Shown here piece after piece: positions 8,074 through 15,852 of a DNA stretch of 64,000 nt; within the stretch, counting starts at the first letter, position 1, and each line of letters starts with the position of its first letter. This DNA is from a virus (taxonomy: Duplodnaviria > Caudoviricetes): the IMG/VR virus record IMGVR_UViG_3300030330_005258, positions 32,001 to 96,000 of that record. One strand, given 5' to 3'. The notes beneath the pieces are model-generated. The model saw nothing but the letters and a program-made list of their open reading frames with translations. It was not told the origin of the DNA and made no database searches. The position numbers and the translations under genes are program-made.

Positions 8074-10133
8074 AATTTCAGGCAAGATGGCGTAGATTCC
8101 TTACCGAAGGCGGAAATGTCTTCAAGGGTGAGCGCGTTGGCGCAATCCCTTTGGAGTTTATCGAGCCTACGCTTGAGCGATATTATGAAGAGCTTGGTCG
8201 TCTATTCCCACAACAGACAGCGTTCTTCCAAACTATTGAGCCGCTTGGGTCAGTTGGCAAAAAAGCAAAGTCCGGCGATATCGATTTAGCTATTGATGTG
8301 TCGGAGCTTGCCCCAAGTCGCAAGATTGATGACCAAATGCTACAAAGTTGGGAGTTAGACCCACAGGTGTGGGCGGATACACGCGCAAGATTCGCAAAAC
8401 GTGCAAGAAACGCCACAGACGAAGAGCTTGACCTACGTGCGTTCTTATATGAGTTAGCCAAGTACATCGGAGAGAACTCACAACTAATCAAGACAGACTT
8501 AAAAAAGGTTACTTCTGGTGGTATGTTTTCACTCTTTCCTCAGATCTCGGACTCTGGAGAGCAACAAGAGATTGGAATCCAAGTTGATTGGATGCTTGGC
8601 AATAAAGACTGGCTAAGGTTTGCTTACTTCTCGGACGTTCCGTCCGAAGACCAAGAAATGCTGAAGGGTTTACACAGAACTCAGTTGATTGTTGCTCTTC
8701 TCGGAGTGAAGGACTACTCGTTCCAGCACGCGAAGGGTGTATACCGGAAGGGCACCAAGGAAAAGGTTGTTACAAGCCCCCAGGAAACCCTAGAGCTTAT
8801 CGAAAAATTATATGGGACTCCTATATCGATTGAAGAATTACGTAACTTCAGCAGCCTATACGGCTGGATTGAAGCTAATTTGTCTGACGAGGACAAAGTA
8901 GAAGTTTATCGCTACTATCTGAAGATACTTGATAGTACAAGAGGTAACAAAGACCCCGCAACTGGTGAGTCATGTGGGCATATTCCAACAGAGTTGGAAG
9001 ATTTCTGGCGTCAGAACCAAGATACTATACCTCTCAGTGGCAAATTCTTGTGTAAAGACCAGAAAGCAAGGCTTATGGGCGATGAGATGCTTGAAGAAGC
9101 AGCAACACCACGCATCGCAAACCTTGGAAACGACGACATCATCGCACTAATCGACTTGATTCTGAGTGAAGAGTCGGTGTTGGAGGTGTCAGAGAAGATT
9201 GCAGGACAAAACCTGTCTGTAAAGGTTGAAAACGGTCAGGTGTATACAAAGTACAAGAACCAGCCAGAGTATAGAGAGGCGTATGAGCCGTTCAAGTCCA
9301 TCTTTGCAGCGCATGATGGCGATGGAGAATACGTTTTTGAGATGATTTCTCCAGACAACCGACCAGATTACGTCAATTATTTGACCGACAGCACCATTTT
9401 TGTGGACTTTTCTGGGCGGCTTACCGATGAAATGGCAAAGAAACTGTCAAATGAGTCGAATACCTTCATGACCAAGAAACAAATACGTCGCAATCAGTTC
9501 GATGTGACCCCAGAGCAGCGTCAAGAGTTGGTTGGTTTGCGGTCGAGAGCAGAACAAAGACTAAGAAAGCGAGACAAACAGGAGATTGCAGACCGTATCA
9601 AGGCAATCATCCTTTCTCCAAACGTGCAGAGTGTCCTTGGCGGGGGTGTTGAGGGTCTATATGTTACCGGTGGGTCAAAAAACTTTAAGATTCCAAGCCC
9701 AACTTACCAGAATTTGCAAAAACTACAGGTTGGTATCTATGCTGTGCTCTCCGGCAGAACAAGAATACCCAAAAAAGAAGTGCGCCAACGTGTGATTGAT
9801 GGCGACCAAAACGATAAAATAGTACAGGACTTGCGTAGATTCCTGTCATTTGCTCAAAATGATATACCAGCGGGCTACAGAATGTTTGTCAGCCCTGAAG
9901 AAGCCATGAATCTGTTGTCAAAAATGGATACTCCCGAGGGTAGAAAGCAAGTATACGTGTTTCTCAACAAAAGAATCAAGAAAAAGGGCGATTGGTACAC
10001 TCCAGAGCAACTTGAAGAAGCCAAGAAATGGTCGAGAAAGTACAAAAGCAGCATAAACTGCTCTAACCCAAAAGGTTTTAGCCAGAAACAGTATTGTAAA
10101 AGACAAAGCCGAGGCGGGAAGTATAAATCTTGA
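8070..10133 (+). CDS. leader-bearing polyprotein: Pol-beta nucleotidyltransferase + RNA-ligase-like domain + Cys mini-module
   Basis: Leader MKFQARWRRFLTE; LGSVGKK..SGDIDL and QVD; EKIAG, FEMI, IFVDF, EGLYV, FKI; KWSRKYKSSINCSNPKGFSQKQYC. Confidence 0.7.
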   Translation: MKFQARWRRFLTEGGNVFKGERVGAIPLEFIEPTLERYYEELGRLFPQQTAFFQTIEPLGSVGKKAKSGDIDLAIDVSELAPSRKIDDQMLQSWELDPQVWADTRARFAKRARNATDEELDLRAFLYELAKYIGENSQLIKTDLKKVTSGGMFSLFPQISDSGEQQEIGIQVDWMLGNKDWLRFAYFSDVPSEDQEMLKGLHRTQLIVALLGVKDYSFQHAKGVYRKGTKEKVVTSPQETLELIEKLYGTPISIEELRNFSSLYGWIEANLSDEDKVEVYRYYLKILDSTRGNKDPATGESCGHIPTELEDFWRQNQDTIPLSGKFLCKDQKARLMGDEMLEEAATPRIANLGNDDIIALIDLILSEESVLEVSEKIAGQNLSVKVENGQVYTKYKNQPEYREAYEPFKSIFAAHDGDGEYVFEMISPDNRPDYVNYLTDSTIFVDFSGRLTDEMAKKLSNESNTFMTKKQIRRNQFDVTPEQRQELVGLRSRAEQRLRKRDKQEIADRIKAIILSPNVQSVLGGGVEGLYVTGGSKNFKIPSPTYQNLQKLQVGIYAVLSGRTRIPKKEVRQRVIDGDQNDKIVQDLRRFLSFAQNDIPAGYRMFVSPEEAMNLLSKMDTPEGRKQVYVFLNKRIKKKGDWYTPEQLEEAKKWSRKYKSSINCSNPKGFSQKQYCKRQSRGGKYKS

Positions 10134-10162
10134 CTATTTAAGGTTGCGTGGAGGGCTCACCA

Positions 10163-10471
10163 ATGCCTGAAAATTATAATCAACTAGTTTTAGCTCAGTT
10201 ACAGTCTCTATCTCAAGCAATTGAGGCTCTCCGTGGCGATCTCCAGCTTGTTCGTCAAGAGATTACCGAGTTAAAAGCCAAAGAAGACAAGGTCGTGGAG
10301 CTTCGCGAGTGGAAGCAGAAGGTTGATGAAGTTGCATCACCCACTCAACTAGCAAAATTTGTCCAAGACATCCAAGATCTTAACAATTTCAAGACAAAAG
10401 CCGTCACAATCTTTGCAGTTGTGCAGTTTGCGATGGGTGCAATACTATTTGCTCTAAATTTTATTGATTGA
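10163..10471 (+). CDS. coiled-coil protein with C-terminal TM helix
   Basis: Heptad-rich body, hydrophobic C-terminus; GGAGGG RBS; CTATTTA at 10134. Confidence 0.65.
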   Translation: MPENYNQLVLAQLQSLSQAIEALRGDLQLVRQEITELKAKEDKVVELREWKQKVDEVASPTQLAKFVQDIQDLNNFKTKAVTIFAVVQFAMGAILFALNFID

Positions 10472-10495
10472 CAGACTTAAATGTAATGTTATATT
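10468..10495 (+). promoter_or_regulatory. sigma70-type promoter
   Basis: TTGACA-N16-TATATT with TG, upstream of 10513. Confidence 0.6.
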
Positions 10496-10512
10496 AACAT
10501 TATGGAGTTACA

Positions 10513-10782
10513 ATGATAAAATTAGGTGACTTTGTGGGTCAAATGCATCCAGATAAGACAATGATCTTAAAGAGAGGCATTGTGGTCGAGTCTTTAAGAG
10601 ACTCTTATGTTGTGCAATGGCTCTCGTTTAACAAACTTTTTTGGATGGAATTTAAAGGTGAAGTGTTTGCAGAGCTTAATAAGCGCTATTTACTAACGAA
10701 GATGTCATATCATCGCAATAATCGTGAAGCTGACATCATTATATTAAGCAAAGCAGGTGAAAATGGCGTGGGAGAAACTTGA
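10513..10782 (+). CDS. small SH3/KOW-like protein
   Basis: IKLGDFV...RGIVVE...YVVQWL. Confidence 0.55.
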   Translation: MIKLGDFVGQMHPDKTMILKRGIVVESLRDSYVVQWLSFNKLFWMEFKGEVFAELNKRYLLTKMSYHRNNREADIIILSKAGENGVGET

Positions 10783-11050
10783 TTCCGCTAGAATTGAACA
10801 AATAATAAGACAAATAACAGGAAAAAAGCTCGACAAATCAACAGATATGGTTGCGCCAGCCATTATCAAAGGCTCAGGTATTGTTTATTTGTGGGCACCC
10901 GTCAAAAAAACACTGATAAAGGTCAATAGAGGCGTATCTGTTCACATAGTAAGCTATGATATGGACGAAAAAGATAGAATTCTCATTTATGACGGCTATA
11001 ATCTGCTTGCCATACACCCAGATGACCTTGATGAGATAGGATTTAACTAA
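10763..11050 (+). CDS. hypothetical protein
   Basis: ORF with AGGTGA RBS. Confidence 0.55.
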   Translation: MAWEKLDSARIEQIIRQITGKKLDKSTDMVAPAIIKGSGIVYLWAPVKKTLIKVNRGVSVHIVSYDMDEKDRILIYDGYNLLAIHPDDLDEIGFN

Positions 11051-11051
11051 A

Positions 11052-11204
11052 TTGACAGTAACAATAACAAAATTTTGGAAATCTTTGCTTACAATTATTA
11101 CTTTTTGGGTATTTTATGCCTTTTTTGGCTTTGAAGTGACAGTTGTTACCCTATTGGCAGGCATTTTGGGCAATTTTTGGTCAAATTCCGACATTTTGGT
11201 GTAA
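11052..11204 (+). CDS. 50-aa membrane protein (not in ORF track)
   Basis: TTG start; MTVTITKFWKSLLTIITFWVFYAFFGFEVTVVTLLAGILGNFWSNSDILV fills the gap after the previous stop. Confidence 0.5.
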   Translation: MTVTITKFWKSLLTIITFWVFYAFFGFEVTVVTLLAGILGNFWSNSDILV

Positions 11205-11238
11205 AAAGTCGCTTTTTTACCCTATTTATCGATGAAAA

Positions 11239-11514
11239 ATGGAAAAAAAGAGCAATTTCGGCGAAATATCGGCTAAAAACATCAAAATAGGCGATATTGT
11301 CGCCTGGAACAAGTGGAATCTAGACAAATCTGGGTGGATTCAGCATCTTGGAGTCGTTTTAGAGGTCAAAAACGCTATTGTTAGCAACAGAATGGTGTGC
11401 GTAACCCTTGTTATGCCACTAAAAGAGCCCAAAATACCCCTCGAATTGTTCACTTTTTCCCTTAAATTGGTGTCCTCGGCAGAGGAAAAAGAGGCAAAAA
11501 ATGGACATAATTGA
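11239..11514 (+). CDS. small SH3/KOW-like protein
   Basis: IKIGDIVAW...LGVVLEV; CTATTTA at 11222. Confidence 0.55.
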   Translation: MEKKSNFGEISAKNIKIGDIVAWNKWNLDKSGWIQHLGVVLEVKNAIVSNRMVCVTLVMPLKEPKIPLELFTFSLKLVSSAEEKEAKNGHN

Positions 11515-11833
11515 CCATATTGGCATAAGAGTAGACGATCTGAAAGAGGCTGAAACATGGTATTTGAAGCGTTTGAAGGCAGAAGTGACCTTTAGGAGCG
11601 ATAAATACATTCGTTTGAAGGTGGCAAACACCAATATTGCCCTAATTGATAAGTTATACTACCCATATCCGCATGTGGCAATCCTCGTAGACAATCAAGA
11701 TGAGCTTCCACAGTTCGGACTGCGAATCAAACATCGTGATGGTACCATAGGCGTATATGTCGAAGACCCGTTTGGGAACTATTTAGAATATATTTGGTAT
11801 TCTCAAGACCAAGGTGAGACATTCCTAAAATGA
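11501..11833 (+). CDS. VOC/glyoxalase family protein
   Basis: IDHIGIRVDDL..AETWY...HVAI...YVEDPFGNYLE. Confidence 0.85.
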   Translation: MDIIDHIGIRVDDLKEAETWYLKRLKAEVTFRSDKYIRLKVANTNIALIDKLYYPYPHVAILVDNQDELPQFGLRIKHRDGTIGVYVEDPFGNYLEYIWYSQDQGETFLK

Positions 11834-12876
11834 AAAGCACACTACAGCCATTAGTAGACCAGTTTATGCCCTACGCACAGAAACGCATGGGTTTTAACAA
11901 GCTGCCTCGTATCTTTTTGCGTGATGACCCGCACAATGCACAAAACCCTCTTGGCAAAACTGCTTACTATGACCCAGCACAAATGTCAGTGACTCTATAC
12001 GTCACTGGGCGTCATCCAAAAGACGTTATGCGGTCTTTATCTCATGAGTTGATTCACCACACGCAGAATTGTAATGGACAGTTTGATGGTGCTTCTGAAA
12101 TGGGTGAGGGGTATGCACAGAACGATGAACATTTGCGTGAAATGGAACGACAAGCCTATGAACAAGGTAATTTAGTATTTAGGGATTGGGAAGATAGCAT
12201 AAAGGGCACTATTTATAATGAATCTTTGCAGAAAGGAGCAAAAAAGAAAATGTCATTGAAAGATTGGAAAAACAACGAGCTAAGAACCGTACTATCAGAG
12301 AGATGGGGGTTTTCTTTTAATCTCCTTAGTGAATCTCAAGAGGAAGAGCCTGTCGATGAAGCTAAGATCCCCGTAACAAAGAAAACTGACTCACCAGATT
12401 TTCATATTCGTCGCGAACTAAAAATGAATCCCGATGCCACTCGTCAAGAACTAGTCGATGCAGTGATGGAAAATATCCCAATGTCTAGAGAAAAATCTGA
12501 GGCAGCAGTTGACAAGCATTTATCCGGTGAAAAAGACATTGAAGAAGGCGCAGCATCCAGTGGTCGTGTAGTCACACCAGATCGTGGTGGTGAAGACCGC
12601 AGAGCTAATGACGAGCGCAAGCGTCCAATGGAGGAAGCAGAAAAGCCCGATTTTCCCGATGTGGACGGCGACGGCGACAGAGAAGAGCCCATTTCTAAGG
12701 CTTCCAAGGAAAAGAAAGATGATAAGGGTGGCGACAAGGAAGAGAAGTCCGACAAGGATGTTTCCAAAGTACCCCCACAGCTTCGCAAGCACGTCAAAGG
12801 CAAGATGGATGAACAAAAGATTCGTCGTATTATCCGCAAGCTAGTCAAAGAAGCAATGGCAAAGAAGGCCAAGTGA
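11830..12876 (+). CDS. zincin-like metallopeptidase fused to acidic modular tail
   Basis: RSLSHELIHH...ME..AY; tail with DVDGDGD motif and (V/I/M)xE sites. Confidence 0.7.
   Translation: MKSTLQPLVDQFMPYAQKRMGFNKLPRIFLRDDPHNAQNPLGKTAYYDPAQMSVTLYVTGRHPKDVMRSLSHELIHHTQNCNGQFDGASEMGEGYAQNDEHLREMERQAYEQGNLVFRDWEDSIKGTIYNESLQKGAKKKMSLKDWKNNELRTVLSERWGFSFNLLSESQEEEPVDEAKIPVTKKTDSPDFHIRRELKMNPDATRQELVDAVMENIPMSREKSEAAVDKHLSGEKDIEEGAASSGRVVTPDRGGEDRRANDERKRPMEEAEKPDFPDVDGDGDREEPISKASKEKKDDKGGDKEEKSDKDVSKVPPQLRKHVKGKMDEQKIRRIIRKLVKEAMAKKAK
12250..12876 (+). CDS. nested in-frame product (C-terminal part of 11830..12876)
   Basis: Own CTATTTA (12209), AAAGGAG RBS (12232) and in-frame ATG 12250 (MSLKDWKNNEL...). 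Confidence 0.5.
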   Translation: MSLKDWKNNELRTVLSERWGFSFNLLSESQEEEPVDEAKIPVTKKTDSPDFHIRRELKMNPDATRQELVDAVMENIPMSREKSEAAVDKHLSGEKDIEEGAASSGRVVTPDRGGEDRRANDERKRPMEEAEKPDFPDVDGDGDREEPISKASKEKKDDKGGDKEEKSDKDVSKVPPQLRKHVKGKMDEQKIRRIIRKLVKEAMAKKAK

Positions 12877-12878
12877 AG

Positions 12879-13118
12879 ATGTCAAAATGGCATGACTTTC
12901 TAGATGGTGTCGAGAGAAAACAAGACCTTAACAGCCTACTTGAACAGCTTGGCACTGATTTGAAGCTTATTAAGCCGCATACTTTAAATGAGGAGGTCAG
13001 ACTATCAACCATAGATGGGTTACTAATAGAAATTCGCCTCAAAGCAAGAAGACTAGAACAAGAAAATAAAGTGTTACTTAACAAGATTGCAATTCTTGAG
13101 GAAGACTTAGACCTATAG
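12879..13118 (+). CDS. small coiled-coil protein
   Basis: MSKWHDFL start resembles a shortened leader; C-terminal heptads. Confidence 0.55.
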   Translation: MSKWHDFLDGVERKQDLNSLLEQLGTDLKLIKPHTLNEEVRLSTIDGLLIEIRLKARRLEQENKVLLNKIAILEEDLDL

Positions 13119-13127
13119 GAGACTTTT

Positions 13128-13919
13128 ATGTCTGATCTCTATAACAGCATAGAAGAACTCATGCTTGAGTTGGAAGATGAAGATGGCGACCCCGTTGGAG
13201 GTCGCACTCTTGCTATTGTGCCTGGGGCATTCAAGCCTCCACATCTTGGGCACCTATCGATGGTCAAGCAGTATGCTTCTGAGGCAGATGAAGTAGTTGT
13301 TCTTATTTCTTCTCCTCTCAAAGCAAGCAGGGGTGTTGGCGGCAAGCCCATCACTGCACAGCAATCCAAGCAGATTTGGGAAATGCTACTCGCAGACCAA
13401 GGGTTATCCAATGTTCGTGTTGAGATTTCACCCAAACCATCGCCTATCACGGCGACATACGAGTATATTGGTGATGATGGTCCCTTAGAGCCCGGTATAA
13501 GACTTATTCTTGGCGCTAGCCAGAAGGGTGGTGATTTCAAGCGCTGGAAGGCGGCTACTAAATACGTCAAAGACGGAGTTGAGCTTCTACCACCAGAAGA
13601 AACTGCTGTAGTGCCAGCAAATAGACCCTCTGGAGAGCCATATAGCGCCACAGACGCCCGTAAAATGTTAGAACAGGGTGATGCTGCCGACGAGTTTTTT
13701 GGAGACGGTATGGGTGTCAGGGTGCGGACTATACTGGGTCTTGATGCATCGTTGGAAGAGATGTCAGCCATGGGTGGTGGCGCTGTGGCAGGATATGCCA
13801 TGCCGCTTGGTGCGAAGAAAAGAAAGAAGATTAAAAAGATCAAACATACACCGTATAATGAGATAGAATTATACAAAGAAGTTTTGAAACTACTTAAGAA
13901 AGAAGGTATCATCAAATGA
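13128..13919 (+). CDS. HxGH cytidylyl/adenylyltransferase-like (NMNAT/PPAT superfamily)
   Basis: VPGAFKPPHLGH...YSATDARK; tail LEE-MSAMGGGAVAGY. Confidence 0.8.
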   Translation: MSDLYNSIEELMLELEDEDGDPVGGRTLAIVPGAFKPPHLGHLSMVKQYASEADEVVVLISSPLKASRGVGGKPITAQQSKQIWEMLLADQGLSNVRVEISPKPSPITATYEYIGDDGPLEPGIRLILGASQKGGDFKRWKAATKYVKDGVELLPPEETAVVPANRPSGEPYSATDARKMLEQGDAADEFFGDGMGVRVRTILGLDASLEEMSAMGGGAVAGYAMPLGAKKRKKIKKIKHTPYNEIELYKEVLKLLKKEGIIK

Positions 13920-14692
13920 AAACTCCAGAAGATTTGCTTAGAGAGAATGTAAGAGCTTTGATCTCTCTTGTCAAGAAGAAAAACAAAAATACTCAAACCG
14001 AGGAACAGCAACTAAGAGCTATAATTCGTGAGTTCTTGCAGTATGAGCTTAAAGAAGCCAAAACTCCCGACGCAGCCGATCCAGCGCCACATCAATCTAC
14101 TGGTATTAATGTACTTGAGGATCTGCTCAAGAAGATTATTCCTCAAATAGAAGACGATTACAAGCTTCTTACAACTTCTGAAGAACAGCGTGAGTCATAC
14201 CGATCACACATTATCGATGCTGTGGTAAAGACTCTTACTCCCGTTGAGCTAAACAACGACGCAGCAGGCGACGGACCGCAAGGTGAACTTGACGAGGATA
14301 TTGATATTGAAATCTCCGACGATGATGAAGAAGATGATATGTTTATTGATATCAATCCCGAAGAGCCCAAAGAAGAAGAGGAAGAAGAAGATCCAAGGGA
14401 CGCTTTCGGTATCGAAGGTAAGGATACCACGGGTCGGAACATGGCGTATACAACTTTCAAGAAAATAGAATCACAAATCATCGATGCATACGATATGCTC
14501 TCTAATGCTGAAGATCAGGAATTGTTCTTTGACTATCTGATCGCAAACTTAAAACTGTACTTTGACAAGTTTGAAGCTGAAATACAACCAAGCGTTGAAG
14601 AGCCAACTAACCAAGAATATGATTCTGCAAAAGAAGAAGAGCCTGCTGGCGGGGGTGATGAAGGCGGGGATACCTTGGATCTGGAAATTTAA
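13916..14692 (+). CDS. acidic hypothetical protein (putative head/scaffold-associated)
   Basis: LRAIIREFL helix, LKE and LDE sites, D/E-rich linker; CTACTTA at 13890. Confidence 0.6.
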   Translation: MKTPEDLLRENVRALISLVKKKNKNTQTEEQQLRAIIREFLQYELKEAKTPDAADPAPHQSTGINVLEDLLKKIIPQIEDDYKLLTTSEEQRESYRSHIIDAVVKTLTPVELNNDAAGDGPQGELDEDIDIEISDDDEEDDMFIDINPEEPKEEEEEEDPRDAFGIEGKDTTGRNMAYTTFKKIESQIIDAYDMLSNAEDQELFFDYLIANLKLYFDKFEAEIQPSVEEPTNQEYDSAKEEEPAGGGDEGGDTLDLEI

Positions 14693-14693
14693 T

Positions 14694-14722
14694 TTGACAC
14701 TTTGTGCTTGGCCTGTTATGAT
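14694..14722 (+). promoter_or_regulatory. sigma70-type promoter, probably leaderless
   Basis: TTGACA-N17-TATGAT with TG; expected +1 coincides with ATG 14729, which has no RBS. Confidence 0.65.
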
Positions 14723-14728
14723 CTTTAT

Positions 14729-15076
14729 ATGAAGAAGAGAAGATCAAAGTATAAACATAAGAGTATAATTAATAATTTATTAAATAATAATATTATAAAT
14801 GAAAGCAATCTGACTTTTATAGATTCTATGTCTCTGGAAGATTTAATTGCTGTAAAATTAGAACTCTCAGCAAGATATATTAATAACAAACTTTATGCTT
14901 TCAACCTGTTGTCAAATACAAACAAACTAGTTAAAGAAGCAATAATCAAATTTGCTATCAGTGCTACTGACTCTAAGATGGATGCTGCCAGATTTCTTGG
15001 TATAGATTATGAAGGCTTACACCGACTAGTTAGAGAGTATAACCTTCAGGAATACTTTGATGAAATTAATAATTGA
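14729..15076 (+). CDS. Fis-type HTH DNA-binding protein
   Basis: C-terminal VKEAIIKFAI...SKMDAARFLGIDYEGLHRLVREYNL. Confidence 0.7.
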   Translation: MKKRRSKYKHKSIINNLLNNNIINESNLTFIDSMSLEDLIAVKLELSARYINNKLYAFNLLSNTNKLVKEAIIKFAISATDSKMDAARFLGIDYEGLHRLVREYNLQEYFDEINN

Positions 15077-15839
15077 AAGCTGGCGGCAATATATTACTGA
15101 GCAATCTGTAGATATTACAGACCATAATTTTAAAATAATGTTAGATCTTTATCAGGGAGCTACGGGAAGAAAACTTAGTGATAGCCAACATAATAAATAT
15201 AGATTTTTTTGGCGTCAATTTACTGTAAATGAAAGAGATATCTTGATTTATATATCTGCGGCTGCCACAATGGTTCCTCAACTGCTGCAAAACAAAATCA
15301 AACGCCTTTTGGGTGCAGGCTCCCAAGGTATTGTTTTTGAGCTTGATAATGGAAGAGCACTAAAATTATATAAGGGCGCTTATCGCGAAACTCAAGATGA
15401 TTTCTATGGTGCTGAATCTGGAAAGATCTTTTCTGGTGGTGGTAAAATCACAACTCTCCCAATCTTTGATAAAGGTGAAACCGAATACGGATTAAAATAT
15501 GTTGAAATGGCAAAAGTTTTGCCTTTTGATCTTTTCTTGAAAAGAACTGGACGAAAAGAGCTTGACGATAATATCTGGTATGCCCTTCAGCAAATCGCCG
15601 AAATGTCTTTAAAAGACAAAAACTCTGAAGCATATGCCGAAAGAGTCGATGAATTTAAAGAAAATGGCAGCTACCAAAATCTTACAGAACCTGAAATGGA
15701 TTCAATGATAGAAATGGTAAATTATGCTGTTTTTAACTATGGCGAAGATTACACTGATGATTTATATGACGAAAATTTCGGTGTTTTAGAACAAACAATG
15801 TCATCAAAAAAACCAATATTTGTGTTGTTTGATCCATGA
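15060..15839 (+). CDS. leader-bearing protein kinase-like protein
   Basis: Leader MKLIIESWRQYITE; LGAGSQGIVF, ALKLY, DLYDENFG, LFDP. Confidence 0.7.
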   Translation: MKLIIESWRQYITEQSVDITDHNFKIMLDLYQGATGRKLSDSQHNKYRFFWRQFTVNERDILIYISAAATMVPQLLQNKIKRLLGAGSQGIVFELDNGRALKLYKGAYRETQDDFYGAESGKIFSGGGKITTLPIFDKGETEYGLKYVEMAKVLPFDLFLKRTGRKELDDNIWYALQQIAEMSLKDKNSEAYAERVDEFKENGSYQNLTEPEMDSMIEMVNYAVFNYGEDYTDDLYDENFGVLEQTMSSKKPIFVLFDP

Positions 15840-15852
15840 TGGAGAATTTAAA

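Noticed and set aside
13139-14011. 290-aa minus-strand ORF, and the other minus-strand ORFs in the track
   Set aside because: Antisense shadows of well-supported + strand genes; Ser/Pro/Phe-rich, with no motifs or RBS.
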